NCBI GenBank assembly: GCA_039197515.1
Contig: JBCCUC010000004.1
Location: 35,567 to 99,566 of the forward strand
DNA from: Pseudomonadota bacterium
Lineage (GTDB): Bacteria; Pseudomonadota; Alphaproteobacteria; Rhodobacterales; Rhodobacteraceae
Length of the DNA: 64,000 bases
Direction: 5' to 3'
This document shows positions 10,734 to 23,027 of the stretch, in pieces (position 1 is the stretch's first letter; every line of letters begins with the position of its first letter). The notes under the pieces were generated by a model, which did no database searches, had not been told where the DNA came from, and saw nothing but the letters and a program-made list of their open reading frames with translations. Position numbers and translations under genes: made by a program.

Positions 10734-12008
10734 TCAAGGGGTTGGAATGGGCTCAAAGGCCCGCACTTGCGTGAGGTCGAAGCCATCGGCGTAGATGAGG
10801 GCTGGCGCATGGCGCACATCACATCCCAAAGCAATCGCCCTGCGCAAAGAAGCGGCGTTGCGGCGGTCACCTGAGACGTCTCGCAGCACGGTGAAGTAGC
10901 GCGTGCCTTCCGGCGTTTCAGACAGCTGCCTGGAAAAGTGGCCGGGGATCTCAAACGCGCGGTGGATGTCCCACACCGGACACCCCAGACCAAAGCCTGC
11001 TATCTGCAGTGGCGCGCCTTTGTGGCGGTTACTGCGCGTGTGAGCACCTTGGGCGCGCATGAAGAAAAACGGCACGCCCTTTGCCCCGGGCCGCCGCAGC
11101 ATCGACAACCGTTGGGCCACCAATTCGATTGAGGCACCAAACTGCCGCGCCAGGACATCAAGATCGTACCTGCAAGTGCGGGCCGCCTCGCGAAACTTCG
11201 TGTAGGGCATCAGGGCGGCCACCGCGAAATAGCGGGCGAGCCCAATCTGCGCGATCTGCTCATCATCTCCTGCGGCCAGGGCGCGGCGGTCCAATACGGT
11301 CTGCAAGAGGTCTTGTTGAGTGCCCAGGGCGACTTGCGTGAGTAGGGTGAAGGTCGTCGTTTCAGCACCCGCACCGAGATGAAGGCGCAGCGTGCGGGTG
11401 CCCGGATCGTAGGCCTGGCGCGGCACGCATTCTTCAAAACGTACCATAACCTGGGCGTTGGCGAGCGCGGCGAGCGCGGCGAGCCGGATGTTGAGAAAGC
11501 CGCCTTTGGCTGTCGCAAAGTCTTCGGCGGCGCGGTCTAGGGGATCAATGTAGCCCCCGTCGGCGAGGGGATCATGACTTGCCTCTCCAGACAAGACAGG
11601 ATCATTCCTCCTCCTATCTGGGTTCAGCGTCTCCACAAGATCAGCCTGCGCACGGTACGTGCTGTGCATGGCGATGAAGGCCTTCGCGAGCGCCGGTGCC
11701 TTTGCTGCGAGCAGTTCCAACTCGGCCAGAGTCGGCGCGGTGTCCTCAAGCACCGGGTCCGCCAGCAGGGCGCGCAGCTTATTGAGCAGACTTGTTTGCG
11801 CTTGAGAGCCGAGTGCCGCCACATCCAGACCAAATTCAACGCGGAGCGCGCGCCCCACTGCGCGGGAGATCGGCCGATTGTTGTTCTCCATCTGATTGAA
11901 GTAGGGCAACGAGACGCCGAGCCGGGCGGCGAAATCTTTCTGTGTCATTTGGGATTGGTCGCGCAGGACGCGCAAGCGCGGCCCCGCATAGATTTTCGGC
12001 GTGACCAC
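10734..12008 (-). CDS. Short-chain fatty acyl-CoA regulator (ScfR/PccR-like, XRE HTH), divergent and C-terminally shortened
   Basis: KIYAGPRLR..R....TQKDFAARLGVSLPYFNQMENNNRP; AQRLSMLRRPGAKGVPFFF; GCPVWDIHRAFE; near pccB. Start taken as GTG 12008. Confidence 0.85.
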   Translation of the reverse strand: MVTPKIYAGPRLRVLRDQSQMTQKDFAARLGVSLPYFNQMENNNRPISRAVGRALRVEFGLDVAALGSQAQTSLLNKLRALLADPVLEDTAPTLAELELLAAKAPALAKAFIAMHSTYRAQADLVETLNPDRRRNDPVLSGEASHDPLADGGYIDPLDRAAEDFATAKGGFLNIRLAALAALANAQVMVRFEECVPRQAYDPGTRTLRLHLGAGAETTTFTLLTQVALGTQQDLLQTVLDRRALAAGDDEQIAQIGLARYFAVAALMPYTKFREAARTCRYDLDVLARQFGASIELVAQRLSMLRRPGAKGVPFFFMRAQGAHTRSNRHKGAPLQIAGFGLGCPVWDIHRAFEIPGHFSRQLSETPEGTRYFTVLRDVSGDRRNAASLRRAIALGCDVRHAPALIYADGFDLTQVRAFEPIPTP

Positions 12009-12017
12009 GGCACCACC

Positions 12018-12056
12018 TTTGCAGATTTGCAACTGGAGGTAGTTTAACTTTGCAAG
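12018..12056. promoter_or_regulatory. Three TTTGCA(A) boxes upstream of the PccR-like gene (putative autoregulatory operator)
   Basis: TTTGCAGA 12018-25, TTTGCAAC 12026-33, TTTGCAAG 12049-56 resemble the TTTGCAAA half-site of Rhodobacter PccR. Confidence 0.55.
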
Positions 12057-12075
12057 CTCACCCGAGCAAGTCGTT

Positions 12076-13311
12076 TCATGCGCTTTTGAGTGCCAGGGCC
12101 AGCTCGCGCCGGCGCACCATCCAAATGGAAAGCACGCCTGCAATTGCCGTGACCAGCATGATGATGAGCACTGGATAGGCCCCGGTCTCTGGGGACAGGG
12201 TCATGCCCGCAATGCCAGCCAAGGCCGCGCCGCCCCCGATCATGATCGCGCCGCCGAGCCCGGAGGCCGTGCCTGCCAAATGCGGCCGAACCGACAGCAT
12301 GCCCGCCGTTGCATTGGGAATGCACAGCCCGTTGCCGATACCGACAAGCGTCATCATGCCAAAGAAGGTCTCCGCCGTGCCGTACCCGCTGATGAAGATC
12401 AGCAAGGAAACTGCCCCACCGGTTGCATTGGCCATACAGCCCCAAAAGACCATCGCATTCACGCCAAAACGCGTGGCATAAAGACCGGTCATCCAATTGC
12501 CCGCAAAGTAACCGACCGCCGGAGAGCCGAAGTAGATGCCCAGCCAGAATGGATCGAGCCCAAAGACCGTGGATCCTACAAAGGGCGCACCGCCCAGATA
12601 GGCAAAAAAGGCACCAGAGCAAAAAGCCGCCGCCAGCGCATATCCCCAAAAACGTGGTGAACGCAGAAGTTCAGGATACTCCTTGAACTGCGCCCAAACG
12701 CTGTTGTCCGTTGGCTTGGCGGTTTCGCCCATATCGCGGTAGACGAGCGCCAGAACGGCACCGGCAATGAGCAGGATCAGCCAAAAGGTATACCGCCACC
12801 CGGCCAATTCCTCAACCGCCCCGCCCACGGCGGGGGCGAGCATGGGCACGAGGGCCATCCCCATCGTCACATAGCCGATCTTGGAGGCGGCCTGATCCTG
12901 TGTGTAGAGGTCTCGCAGAACCGCACGGCTGAGAACAAGGCCGGTCGCAATCACCGCCTGTCCGACCCGAAACGCCAAAAAGATCGTCGCGTTCGGGGCA
13001 AAGATGCATCCCAATGTCGCGAGCATAAACAGAACCAGACCGCCCAGCATGACCGGGCGACGGCCCAAGTTGTCAGAGAGCGGCCCGATGAAAAGCTGCA
13101 TCAGCGCGCTGCAAAACAGATAGAGCGGGACCGAAAGCTGCATCACGGCATAGCTGGTGTTAAAGTCCTCTGCCATGCGCGGCAGGCTTGGCAAAAAGAT
13201 GTTCATCACCATGGCCGAAATCCCCGACAAGAGGATGAGCGTCGCCACATGGGGCGGCGTGTTTCGGTCCAGGAACTTAATTTTCGGAATCGAGGGAGGG
13301 GCGGTGGCCAT
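12076..13311 (-). CDS. Bcr/CflA (DHA1) MFS efflux transporter
   Basis: NIFLPSLP, GPLSDNLGRRPV (MFS motif A), AGTASGL; about 12 TM helices. Confidence 0.9.
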   Translation of the reverse strand: MATAPPSIPKIKFLDRNTPPHVATLILLSGISAMVMNIFLPSLPRMAEDFNTSYAVMQLSVPLYLFCSALMQLFIGPLSDNLGRRPVMLGGLVLFMLATLGCIFAPNATIFLAFRVGQAVIATGLVLSRAVLRDLYTQDQAASKIGYVTMGMALVPMLAPAVGGAVEELAGWRYTFWLILLIAGAVLALVYRDMGETAKPTDNSVWAQFKEYPELLRSPRFWGYALAAAFCSGAFFAYLGGAPFVGSTVFGLDPFWLGIYFGSPAVGYFAGNWMTGLYATRFGVNAMVFWGCMANATGGAVSLLIFISGYGTAETFFGMMTLVGIGNGLCIPNATAGMLSVRPHLAGTASGLGGAIMIGGGAALAGIAGMTLSPETGAYPVLIIMLVTAIAGVLSIWMVRRRELALALKSA

Positions 13312-13481
13312 GTAGGAGAGCTACGCCCCGAGGCCCAGGTTGTCCATGATCTGTTGTTCGTTTTGCAACCGCACAGCGCCGCAGAATCGTTCGGCAAATT
13401 CTGTAGAAATATGCAAAAGCACCCTTTCACCTCCTCTCTTTGCCCCTGTAGTATGTCGCAAATCGTGATCAGGGGTGAACC

Positions 13482-15014
13482 ATGAAAGACATTCTGAGTG
13501 AGCTTGAGGCTCGGCGATCCACCGCCCGCATGGGTGGCGGCCAGGGCCGCATTGACGCGCAGCACGGGCGCGGCAAGCTCACTGCGCGCGAACGCGTTGA
13601 TCTGCTGGTGGATGAAGGCTCCTTTGAAGAATTTGACATGTTCGTCACGCATCGGTGCACTGATTTCGGCATGGAACAGCAAAAACCGGCAGGCGACGGC
13701 GTGGTCACCGGATGGGGCACGATCAACGGGCGGCTGGTCTATGTCTTTAGCCAGGACTTTACCGTCTTGGGTGGATCAGTGTCTGAGACCCACGCCAAAA
13801 AGATCTGCAAGATCATGGATATGGCCATGCAAAACGGCGCGCCGGTCATTGGCATCAACGATTCAGGCGGCGCGCGCATCCAAGAGGGTGTGGATTCTCT
13901 TGCCGGGTACGGCGAGGTCTTTCAGCGCAACATCATGGCTTCTGGGGTGATCCCGCAGATCAGTGTGATCATGGGGCCCTGTGCGGGCGGGGCGGTCTAT
14001 TCACCGGCGATGACGGATTTCATCTTCATGGTGAAAGACAGCTCCTACATGTTTGTGACCGGCCCCGAGGTGGTGAAGACCGTCACCAATGAAGAAGTCT
14101 CGGCCGAGGAGTTGGGCGGCGCGTCCACGCATACCAAAAAGTCGTCGGTTGCAGACACGGCTTTTGAGAACGATGTGGAGGCTTTGGCCGAGGTGCGCCG
14201 CCTAGTGGACTTCTTGCCCGCCAACAACCGCGAGATGCCCCCCGTGCGGCCGTTTTTCGACGATCCTGACCGGATCGAGCCGTCGCTCGACACGTTGGTG
14301 CCCGCCAATCCGAATACGCCCTACGACATGAAAGAGTTGATCCTGAAACTGGCGGACGAGGGAGACTTCTACGAAATTCAAGAGGACTTTGCGAAGAACA
14401 TCATCACCGGTTTCGTGCGGATTGAGGGGCGAACGGTGGGCGTTGTGGCCAACCAGCCCATGGTGCTCGCCGGGGTGCTCGACATCGACAGCGCGCGCAA
14501 ATCGGCGCGGTTCGTGCGATTTTGTGATGCCTTTGAGATCCCGATCCTCACGCTCGTCGATGTGCCCGGCTTCTTGCCGGGGACCAGCCAGGAGTATGGC
14601 GGTGTGATCAAACACGGGGCAAAGCTGCTCTTTGCCTACGGTGAGGCAACGGTGCCTCTGGTCACTGTCGCGACACGCAAGACCTACGGGGGGGCCTATG
14701 TGGTGATGGCGTCCAAACATCTGGAGGCGGATTTCAATTACGCCTGGCCCACGGCGGAGGTCGCAGTGATGGGTGCTAAGGGCGCGGTGGAGATCATTCA
14801 CCGCGCAGATAAAAGCGATCCAGATAAGATTGCCCAGCATACGGCGGAGTATGAAGACCGGTTTGCAAACCCCTTCGTTGCCGCGGAACGTGGCTTCATT
14901 GATGAGGTGATACAGCCCCGCAGCACCCGCAAACGCATTGCCCGCGCCTTTGCCAGCCTGCGCAATAAGAAAAAGCAGATGCCTTGGAAAAAGCACGACA
15001 ATATTCCGCTTTGA
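13482..15014 (+). CDS. pccB: Propionyl-CoA carboxylase beta (carboxyltransferase) subunit
   Basis: [47 protein letters not shown]-terminus. Confidence 0.96.
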   Translation: MKDILSELEARRSTARMGGGQGRIDAQHGRGKLTARERVDLLVDEGSFEEFDMFVTHRCTDFGMEQQKPAGDGVVTGWGTINGRLVYVFSQDFTVLGGSVSETHAKKICKIMDMAMQNGAPVIGINDSGGARIQEGVDSLAGYGEVFQRNIMASGVIPQISVIMGPCAGGAVYSPAMTDFIFMVKDSSYMFVTGPEVVKTVTNEEVSAEELGGASTHTKKSSVADTAFENDVEALAEVRRLVDFLPANNREMPPVRPFFDDPDRIEPSLDTLVPANPNTPYDMKELILKLADEGDFYEIQEDFAKNIITGFVRIEGRTVGVVANQPMVLAGVLDIDSARKSARFVRFCDAFEIPILTLVDVPGFLPGTSQEYGGVIKHGAKLLFAYGEATVPLVTVATRKTYGGAYVVMASKHLEADFNYAWPTAEVAVMGAKGAVEIIHRADKSDPDKIAQHTAEYEDRFANPFVAAERGFIDEVIQPRSTRKRIARAFASLRNKKKQMPWKKHDNIPL

Positions 15015-15057
15015 GAGGTGCGCTTTGCGCTCTGCGGCTCCAATTCGATGGCGCGGC

Positions 15058-15450
15058 GTGAGGGCGCTTTGCGCACAGCACGGCTTCGCTGTGCTTGCCC
15101 TGCTGGTGCTGTGCGTGCCTGCGGCTGCGCTGCAAATGCCATCGGGCAAGTCCGTCACCTTGTTGGAAGTGCTCCGGGATCAGGTGAGTGGCGAGGATTG
15201 GTTGCGTTTTCGCTTTGTGGCAGAGGGGATCAGCCGAGCAGACCCCTATGAGACAACGGCGGATGACATGCTCTACCTCTGCGAGCGTCAGGCGCTGCCC
15301 TACCTCCACGCGCATGCGCTCCGCGCGGATGTGGTCGTGATTTCTCTGGCTGACCGCGCCACGGAATTCGGTGTGGCTGACCCGGAAGTGGTTCAATTCT
15401 TTGAAGCTTTCCGCCCCGACAGCGACGTCTGCATGTGGGAGGCGCAATGA
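15058..15450 (+). CDS. Secreted DUF6497-like protein
   Basis: Signal-like N-terminus, PSG..VTL.EV, RFRFVA..I, DM..LC...ALP, Q.FEAFRP....C.WE; start uncertain. Confidence 0.65.
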   Translation: MRALCAQHGFAVLALLVLCVPAAALQMPSGKSVTLLEVLRDQVSGEDWLRFRFVAEGISRADPYETTADDMLYLCERQALPYLHAHALRADVVVISLADRATEFGVADPEVVQFFEAFRPDSDVCMWEAQ

Positions 15451-15664
15451 ACGGACCACAAGATCTAGCGCTGGCCCCGCCGATGAGCGGCAGCGATGAG
15501 GCTTTACCGTCACAAACTCGCCTATTGCGCCGGAACCAATGTGCTTTTCCGATGGTTTCGCATATGCTTTTGCCGAGGAATACCCATGTATCCCTTACTT
15601 TAGGAACGGGTCGCGTGAGGCAGACACGACGGACGTGGCCCACTCGCAAGAACAGGAGACAGAA

Positions 15665-15811
15665 ATGTCAAAGACCATTAAGCTTGTGGCAGCGCTCGGT
15701 TTCGTCGCTACCCTGGCTGCATGTGCGTCCGGTCAGTCGGACGAAGAGTTTGTTGTGGTTGAGCCCGAGCCCATCTCGACCGAGCCTGCCTTCACCGGCA
15801 AGTTCAAGTAA
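15665..15811 (+). CDS. Small lipoprotein (48 aa)
   Basis: AGGAG SD; MSKTIKLVAALGFVATLAAC lipobox; acidic Pro-rich tail; followed by a hairpin. Confidence 0.8.
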   Translation: MSKTIKLVAALGFVATLAACASGQSDEEFVVVEPEPISTEPAFTGKFK

Positions 15812-15820
15812 CATCATAAA

Positions 15821-15844
15821 GGGGCAGGCGTTCGCGCCTGCCTC
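15821..15844 (+). terminator. Stem-loop after the small lipoprotein gene
   Basis: GGGGCAGGCG-TTCG-CGCCTGCCTC; no U-tract, so it may stabilise the transcript rather than terminate it. Confidence 0.45.
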
Positions 15845-15907
15845 GTCCCCGGCACTTCGGGACAATCCGTCCTTCGGGCAAGGCAGGGCATTTTGATGCC
15901 TGCCTAC

Positions 15908-16264
15908 ATGCTCAAACACCGCGGATTTCCAGGCAGATTGCCCAGTACCGACTTTCAATTCACGATCCGCAGGCCCAACCCTAAAGGAGCCACGCCGCTC
16001 ATTCGGCGGGAGCGTTTGCGGGACCGTCGTGCCCCTGACCGGCGCGCGGACACAGTTTTTCTGCAGGCGCTTTGGGCGCATTTCGGTGATCAGCCTTTTG
16101 AACGCGGCAACCTGGACGCGGGCCGCCTGTCTTGGCTCTTTGGCCGCGAAGTGGTGCCCGCCTGCGATTCCTTTGACCCAGCCGACTACGAGGCGCTCCT
16201 GGTGATTAACTTGCCGGTCGCGCGCGCGGCTTTCCCTGAAGCCTTCGAAGAGCCTTCGGCATGA
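15908..16264 (+). CDS. Conserved hypothetical protein
   Basis: MLKHRGFPGRLPSTDFQFTIRR...FERGNLDAGRLSWLFGREV, a protein I recognise from roseobacter pcc clusters; function unknown. Confidence 0.75.
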   Translation: MLKHRGFPGRLPSTDFQFTIRRPNPKGATPLIRRERLRDRRAPDRRADTVFLQALWAHFGDQPFERGNLDAGRLSWLFGREVVPACDSFDPADYEALLVINLPVARAAFPEAFEEPSA

Positions 16265-16426
16265 ATCTGCGTATCGAACCGTCAGATCAGCGGCTCTTGG
16301 CCGATTGGTGCAGAAGAGTGACTGAACCCTTGGTTGAATCGGTCTGCGATGCCACCTTCCATTCTACGAAGCATGGTTCTTTACCCGGACCGTCTCTCGT
16401 ATACCTAGACCATACCCCTTCCCTCG

Positions 16427-16471
16427 CGGGGCAGCAGGAGCTTCCTACATCTCCGCTGCCCCGTCTTTTTT
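16427..16471 (+). terminator. Intrinsic terminator upstream of pccA
   Basis: CGGGGCAGC...GCTGCCCCG stem followed by TCTTTTTT. Confidence 0.65.
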
Positions 16472-16640
16472 GCTGCATGCCCCCTCTCAGACCGGCCCGC
16501 CTGACAGCCGGTCGTCGCCGTGCTGAAGAACAGCGTGCCGCGTCGACAGTGCCGCAGCACCCCTTTTCTCGACAGACATCCCGCCCGGTCGCTGCCGCGG
16601 CGGCTTTGCCCACGATACTCAAGACCCAGAAGGACGCCCA

Positions 16641-18686
<2,046 letters not shown>

Positions 18687-18765
18687 ACGCGGATTTGGGC
18701 ATATCGCGCACACCGCAGCAGCTTTGCATCACGCAGGGAGGCTTCTGCGCGGGCTCGCCCATGTC

Positions 18766-19221
18766 TCAGCTGTCCTGGTCGCTTTCCTTGGCCTCACGGA
18801 TCTCGCGCTGGCGCATCGGCATCTTGTCGATGCTGCGGCTGATCTCGCGCACGTCCCAGGGGAATGGCTTGCGCAGCTTCACACCGCCATCTTTTCCCAC
18901 CAGCGTCAGCATGAACCCCCGCGGGCGCAGTTTAAGCCGTATCGGATTGCGCGCGGCGGGATCGGTGTCGGTGAGCACAACCACGTCGCGCTCGCGCAGC
19001 TCTGAGGCACGTGCCTGCAAAAGCTCGAGCTGTTCGATGTACGCCGGATCATTTTCACTGTCCGCAAAGACAACGACAGGTCTTTTTTTCCAGCGAAATT
19101 CGTTCAAATCAGGCATATCTGCCGTCACAAAGAGCGGATCCGGCTCCGCCATAGCGGTGTCCTGTGCGACGGCTTGTGCGGCAAATAGTCCAGCAATAAC
19201 AATAGGGATAACGCGTTTCAT
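18766..19221 (-). CDS. Secreted DUF4174-like protein
   Basis: AGGAG SD; signal peptide; W.KRPVVVFAD, LVGKDGGVKLR, IDKMPMRQRE. Confidence 0.85.
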   Translation of the reverse strand: MKRVIPIVIAGLFAAQAVAQDTAMAEPDPLFVTADMPDLNEFRWKKRPVVVFADSENDPAYIEQLELLQARASELRERDVVVLTDTDPAARNPIRLKLRPRGFMLTLVGKDGGVKLRKPFPWDVREISRSIDKMPMRQREIREAKESDQDS

Positions 19222-19386
19222 TGAGTCTCCTGTTGCTAAGAATATAAGCGCGTCTTTGGGGAATGCGATGCAAAAACTGCGTGATCCTCGGATTAAGGCC
19301 GCTGCAAGAGAATTCGCCGCATGATGCACATTCAAAGCAATCGAGGGTGGGCGCGCGACATTAAAGCTGTCCAACCGGTTTGGGGA

Positions 19387-20334
19387 ATGATGGACGTTAC
19401 TGTGCACTTGGGGGCCCACCGCACGGCCACCACAAGCTTTCAGCACTATGCTCAAGACCAAGAGGCCTTTCTTGCGGCTGAGCGCGTGGCCGTCTGGGGT
19501 CCCAAACGCACGCGTCAGTCGGTTTTTCCAGGCTTTTTTCGCAACGCGCGTGCCAAAAAAGGCCGCGATGTTGCGCAGCGTGCGGCGGGGCGGCTGCGGC
19601 TGCATATGGCGCAAGCAGAAAATCAAGGCGTTGAACGGCTCTTGATCAGTGACGAGAATCTCCTGGGCACGCCCATCGACATGCTGCGTCAGGGGCGGCT
19701 TTATCCCGCCGCGGGGGAGCGGGTCGCCCGCCTCGCGCAGGCGCTGGATACCCGTTTTTCCAGCGTCGTTCTCAGCATCCGGAGCTTGGATTTGTGGTGG
19801 GCCTCGATCTGTGCCTTGTCGGTGTCGCGAGGTCATCCCATGCCCTCTTCTGACGATCTGCGCGCGATTGCGGCGCACAGGCGCGGCTGGCGCGACGTTG
19901 TGACAGACATTGCCTGCGCGATACCAGAGGGCGCTGAGATCAAGGTGCTGCCTTTTGAGCGATTTGCCGGTCAACCCGAAGCGCTGCTCTCAACCGCACT
20001 CTCAGTCGATGCACCAGCCGATGGTGGGCAGCGCTGGCTTAACCGGAGTGCGGATTTGGACACGCTGCGCAGCACATTCACCGCAGACGGGCGCGATGCC
20101 GCACAGCTACCAGATGAAGCGGGCCGTTGGCAGCCCTTTGAGCCTGAACAGATTGCGCTGCTGCGCGAGCTTTACGCAGATGATATGCATTGGCTGGTTG
20201 CAGGCGCGGATGGTTTGGCCACATCGATTGAGGAACGATCCCTGACAAGAGCGGACACAAGTGCGTCGCAGGCGGTCACGACAAAAGGACACTTCCATGA
20301 CACATCCCAAGGACAACTGGCGCAAGACGGCTGA
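19387..20334 (+). CDS. Hypothetical protein with sulfotransferase-like N-terminal loop
   Basis: [14 protein letters not shown] and [10 protein letters not shown] motifs; 3' end overlaps the mutase start. Confidence 0.7.
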   Translation: MMDVTVHLGAHRTATTSFQHYAQDQEAFLAAERVAVWGPKRTRQSVFPGFFRNARAKKGRDVAQRAAGRLRLHMAQAENQGVERLLISDENLLGTPIDMLRQGRLYPAAGERVARLAQALDTRFSSVVLSIRSLDLWWASICALSVSRGHPMPSSDDLRAIAAHRRGWRDVVTDIACAIPEGAEIKVLPFERFAGQPEALLSTALSVDAPADGGQRWLNRSADLDTLRSTFTADGRDAAQLPDEAGRWQPFEPEQIALLRELYADDMHWLVAGADGLATSIEERSLTRADTSASQAVTTKGHFHDTSQGQLAQDG

Positions 20335-22432
20335 GGCGGAACTGCGCGGCCGCCCGCTTGATGATCTGACATGGCAGACGCTGGAAGGCATTCCGGTCAA
20401 ACCGGTCTATGGCCCTGAAGATCTGGAAGGCTTGGGGCATATGGGCTCAATGCCGGGTGAGGCCCCCTACACCCGTGGGGTAAAAGCCACGATGTACGCC
20501 GGTCGCCCCTGGACGATCCGGCAGTATGCGGGCTTCTCCACAGCGGAGGAGTCCAACGCCTTTTATCGCAAGAACCTCGCTGCAGGACAGCAAGGTGTCT
20601 CAGTGGCCTTCGATCTGGCCACCCACCGCGGCTATGACAGCGATCACCCCCGGGTGGAGGGTGACGTGGGCAAGGCGGGCGTTGCCATTGATTCGGTTGA
20701 GGATATGAAGATCCTCTTTGACGGGATCCCGTTGGAGAAAATCTCTGTCTCCATGACGATGAACGGGGCGGTGATCCCGATCCTGGCCTGTTTCATCGTG
20801 GCCGGAGAGGAGCAGGGCGTCGCGCGCAGCGCGCTGTCCGGAACCATTCAGAACGACATCCTCAAAGAATTCATGGTTCGCAACACCTATATCTATCCGC
20901 CTGAACCCTCGATGCGGATCATCGCGGACATTATCGAATACACCTCCAATGAGATGCCCAAGTTCAACTCGATTTCGATCTCGGGCTATCATATGCAGGA
21001 GGCGGGCGCGAACCTGGTGCAGGAACTGGCGTTCACGCTGGCTGACGGGCGCGAATACGTGCGCGCGGCCATCGCGCGCGGCATGGATGTGGATAAATTC
21101 GCCGGACGGCTCAGCTTTTTCTTCGCCATCGGCATGAACTTTTTCATGGAGGCCGCGAAATTGCGCGCCGCACGGCTTTTGTGGCACCGCATCATGCAGG
21201 AGTTCGAGCCAAAAAACCCCAAATCCTCCATGCTGCGCACCCACTGTCAGACATCCGGGGTGAGCCTGCAGGAACAGGATCCCTACAACAACGTCGTGCG
21301 CACCGCGTTTGAGGCGATGTCCGCAGTGCTGGGCGGCACCCAGTCGCTGCACACCAACAGCTTTGATGAGGCGATTGCGCTCCCGACGGAGAACTCGGCC
21401 CGCATCGCGCGCAACACGCAGCTGATTTTGCAAGAGGAGACCGGTGTCACCAAGGTCGTCGACCCATTGGCCGGATCTTACTACGTTGAAAAGCTGACCG
21501 CGGATCTGGCCGAGGCCGCATGGGCGCTCATCGAAGAGGTGGAAGAGCTGGGCGGCATGACCAAGGCGGTTGCTTCAGGCATGCCGAAGCTGCGCATTGA
21601 AGAGGCTGCGGCGACCCGCCAAGCGCTCATCGACAAGGGCGATGAAGTCATCGTCGGTGTCAACAAATACCGGCGCGATCATGAAGAGCCTATCGACATC
21701 TTGGATGTCGACAACGTCGCGGTCCGTGACAGCCAAATCGCCCGGCTGCTTGAGATCCGCGACAGCCGCGATGAGAGCGCTTGCGCCGCCGCGCTTGAGG
21801 AGCTCACACGTCGGGCCACCGAAGCTGACGGCAATCTCTTGGAGGCAGCAGTCGAAGCGGCGCGGGCCCGCGCTAGCGTTGGTGAGATCAGCATGGCGAT
21901 GGAAAGCGCCTTCGGACGCCACCGCGCCGAGGTCAAAACGCTCGCCGGGGTTTACGGGGCCGCCTATGAAGGGGACGCGGGCTTTGCCGCGATCCAAAAA
22001 TCGGTGGAGAGCTTCGCGGAGGAAGAGGGTCGCCGCCCCCGCATGCTCGTCGTGAAGATGGGCCAAGACGGTCATGATCGTGGGGCCAAGGTCATCGCCA
22101 CCGCCTTTGCGGACATCGGATTTGACGTGGATGTCGGCCCGCTTTTTCAGACGCCGGAAGAGGCCGCGCAAGATGCGGTAGACAACGACGTGCATGTGAT
22201 TGGGATCAGCAGCCAGGCGGCGGGTCATAAGACCCTCGCGCCAAAGCTGATCGATGCGCTCAAAGCCTCAAAAGCCGAAGACATCATCGTCATTTGCGGC
22301 GGGGTGATCCCTCAGCAGGATTACGATTTCCTCTTCCAGTCTGGTGTGAAGGCGATCTTTGGCCCTGGCACCAACATTCCCACGGCAGCCGAGGACATCC
22401 TCAATCTGATCCGGTCTGCCCGCGCTGCATGA
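20297..22432 (+). CDS. scpA: Methylmalonyl-CoA mutase (B12-dependent)
   Basis: [41 protein letters not shown] cobalamin DxHxxG motif. Confidence 0.97.
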   Translation: MTHPKDNWRKTAEAELRGRPLDDLTWQTLEGIPVKPVYGPEDLEGLGHMGSMPGEAPYTRGVKATMYAGRPWTIRQYAGFSTAEESNAFYRKNLAAGQQGVSVAFDLATHRGYDSDHPRVEGDVGKAGVAIDSVEDMKILFDGIPLEKISVSMTMNGAVIPILACFIVAGEEQGVARSALSGTIQNDILKEFMVRNTYIYPPEPSMRIIADIIEYTSNEMPKFNSISISGYHMQEAGANLVQELAFTLADGREYVRAAIARGMDVDKFAGRLSFFFAIGMNFFMEAAKLRAARLLWHRIMQEFEPKNPKSSMLRTHCQTSGVSLQEQDPYNNVVRTAFEAMSAVLGGTQSLHTNSFDEAIALPTENSARIARNTQLILQEETGVTKVVDPLAGSYYVEKLTADLAEAAWALIEEVEELGGMTKAVASGMPKLRIEEAAATRQALIDKGDEVIVGVNKYRRDHEEPIDILDVDNVAVRDSQIARLLEIRDSRDESACAAALEELTRRATEADGNLLEAAVEAARARASVGEISMAMESAFGRHRAEVKTLAGVYGAAYEGDAGFAAIQKSVESFAEEEGRRPRMLVVKMGQDGHDRGAKVIATAFADIGFDVDVGPLFQTPEEAAQDAVDNDVHVIGISSQAAGHKTLAPKLIDALKASKAEDIIVICGGVIPQQDYDFLFQSGVKAIFGPGTNIPTAAEDILNLIRSARAA

Positions 22433-22923
22433 GCGTCATCCGTCCTGCAACCCAGCCAGATGCGCCGGCCATCGCGGCGCTCTGGAATGCGATGATCCGC
22501 GAGACACTTGCGACCTTCACCACCGAGGAGAAGCTCTTCTCTGACATTGAGCAGATGATCGCGCAGCGCACGGAGGCGTTTTGGGTCGCTGAGCATGAGG
22601 GGGGCGTTGTGGGTTTCATCACCTATGGTCCGTTCCGAGGCGGTCCAGGCTACGCCCATACGCGTGAGTTGAGCATCGTCTTAAGCGCAGAGGCGCAAGG
22701 GCAGGGGATCGGTCGCGCTCTCATGACATGCGCGGTTGCGGCAGCGACGGCCCGAGGCATCCGCACCCTCATTGCCGCAATCAGCAGTGCCAACCCCGGG
22801 GCGATTGCCTTTCACACCGCCCTTGGCTTCACCAAATCAGGACATCTCACTGAGGTGGGCTTCAAACGCGGTCAGTGGCTGGACCTCATTCTCATGCAAA
22901 AGCGTTTAACACCGACAGGCTAA
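22429..22923 (+). CDS. GNAT N-acetyltransferase (phosphinothricin/MnaT-like)
   Basis: [36 protein letters not shown]; ATGA overlap with scpA. Confidence 0.88.
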   Translation: MSVIRPATQPDAPAIAALWNAMIRETLATFTTEEKLFSDIEQMIAQRTEAFWVAEHEGGVVGFITYGPFRGGPGYAHTRELSIVLSAEAQGQGIGRALMTCAVAAATARGIRTLIAAISSANPGAIAFHTALGFTKSGHLTEVGFKRGQWLDLILMQKRLTPTG

Positions 22924-23027
22924 GACCGGCTGCCGTCACCTCAACCCCGCCGGTCGGCTTTGCAGAACCCAAACGCTGCGCCGCTTTTGGGATTCAGCTT
23001 TTCCACGAAGCGGGCTAAGCTTACCCC

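Noticed and set aside
19222-19974. 251-aa N-terminal extension of the DUF4174 ORF in the track
   Set aside because: A good SD and signal peptide begin at 19221; the extension lies antisense to another gene.
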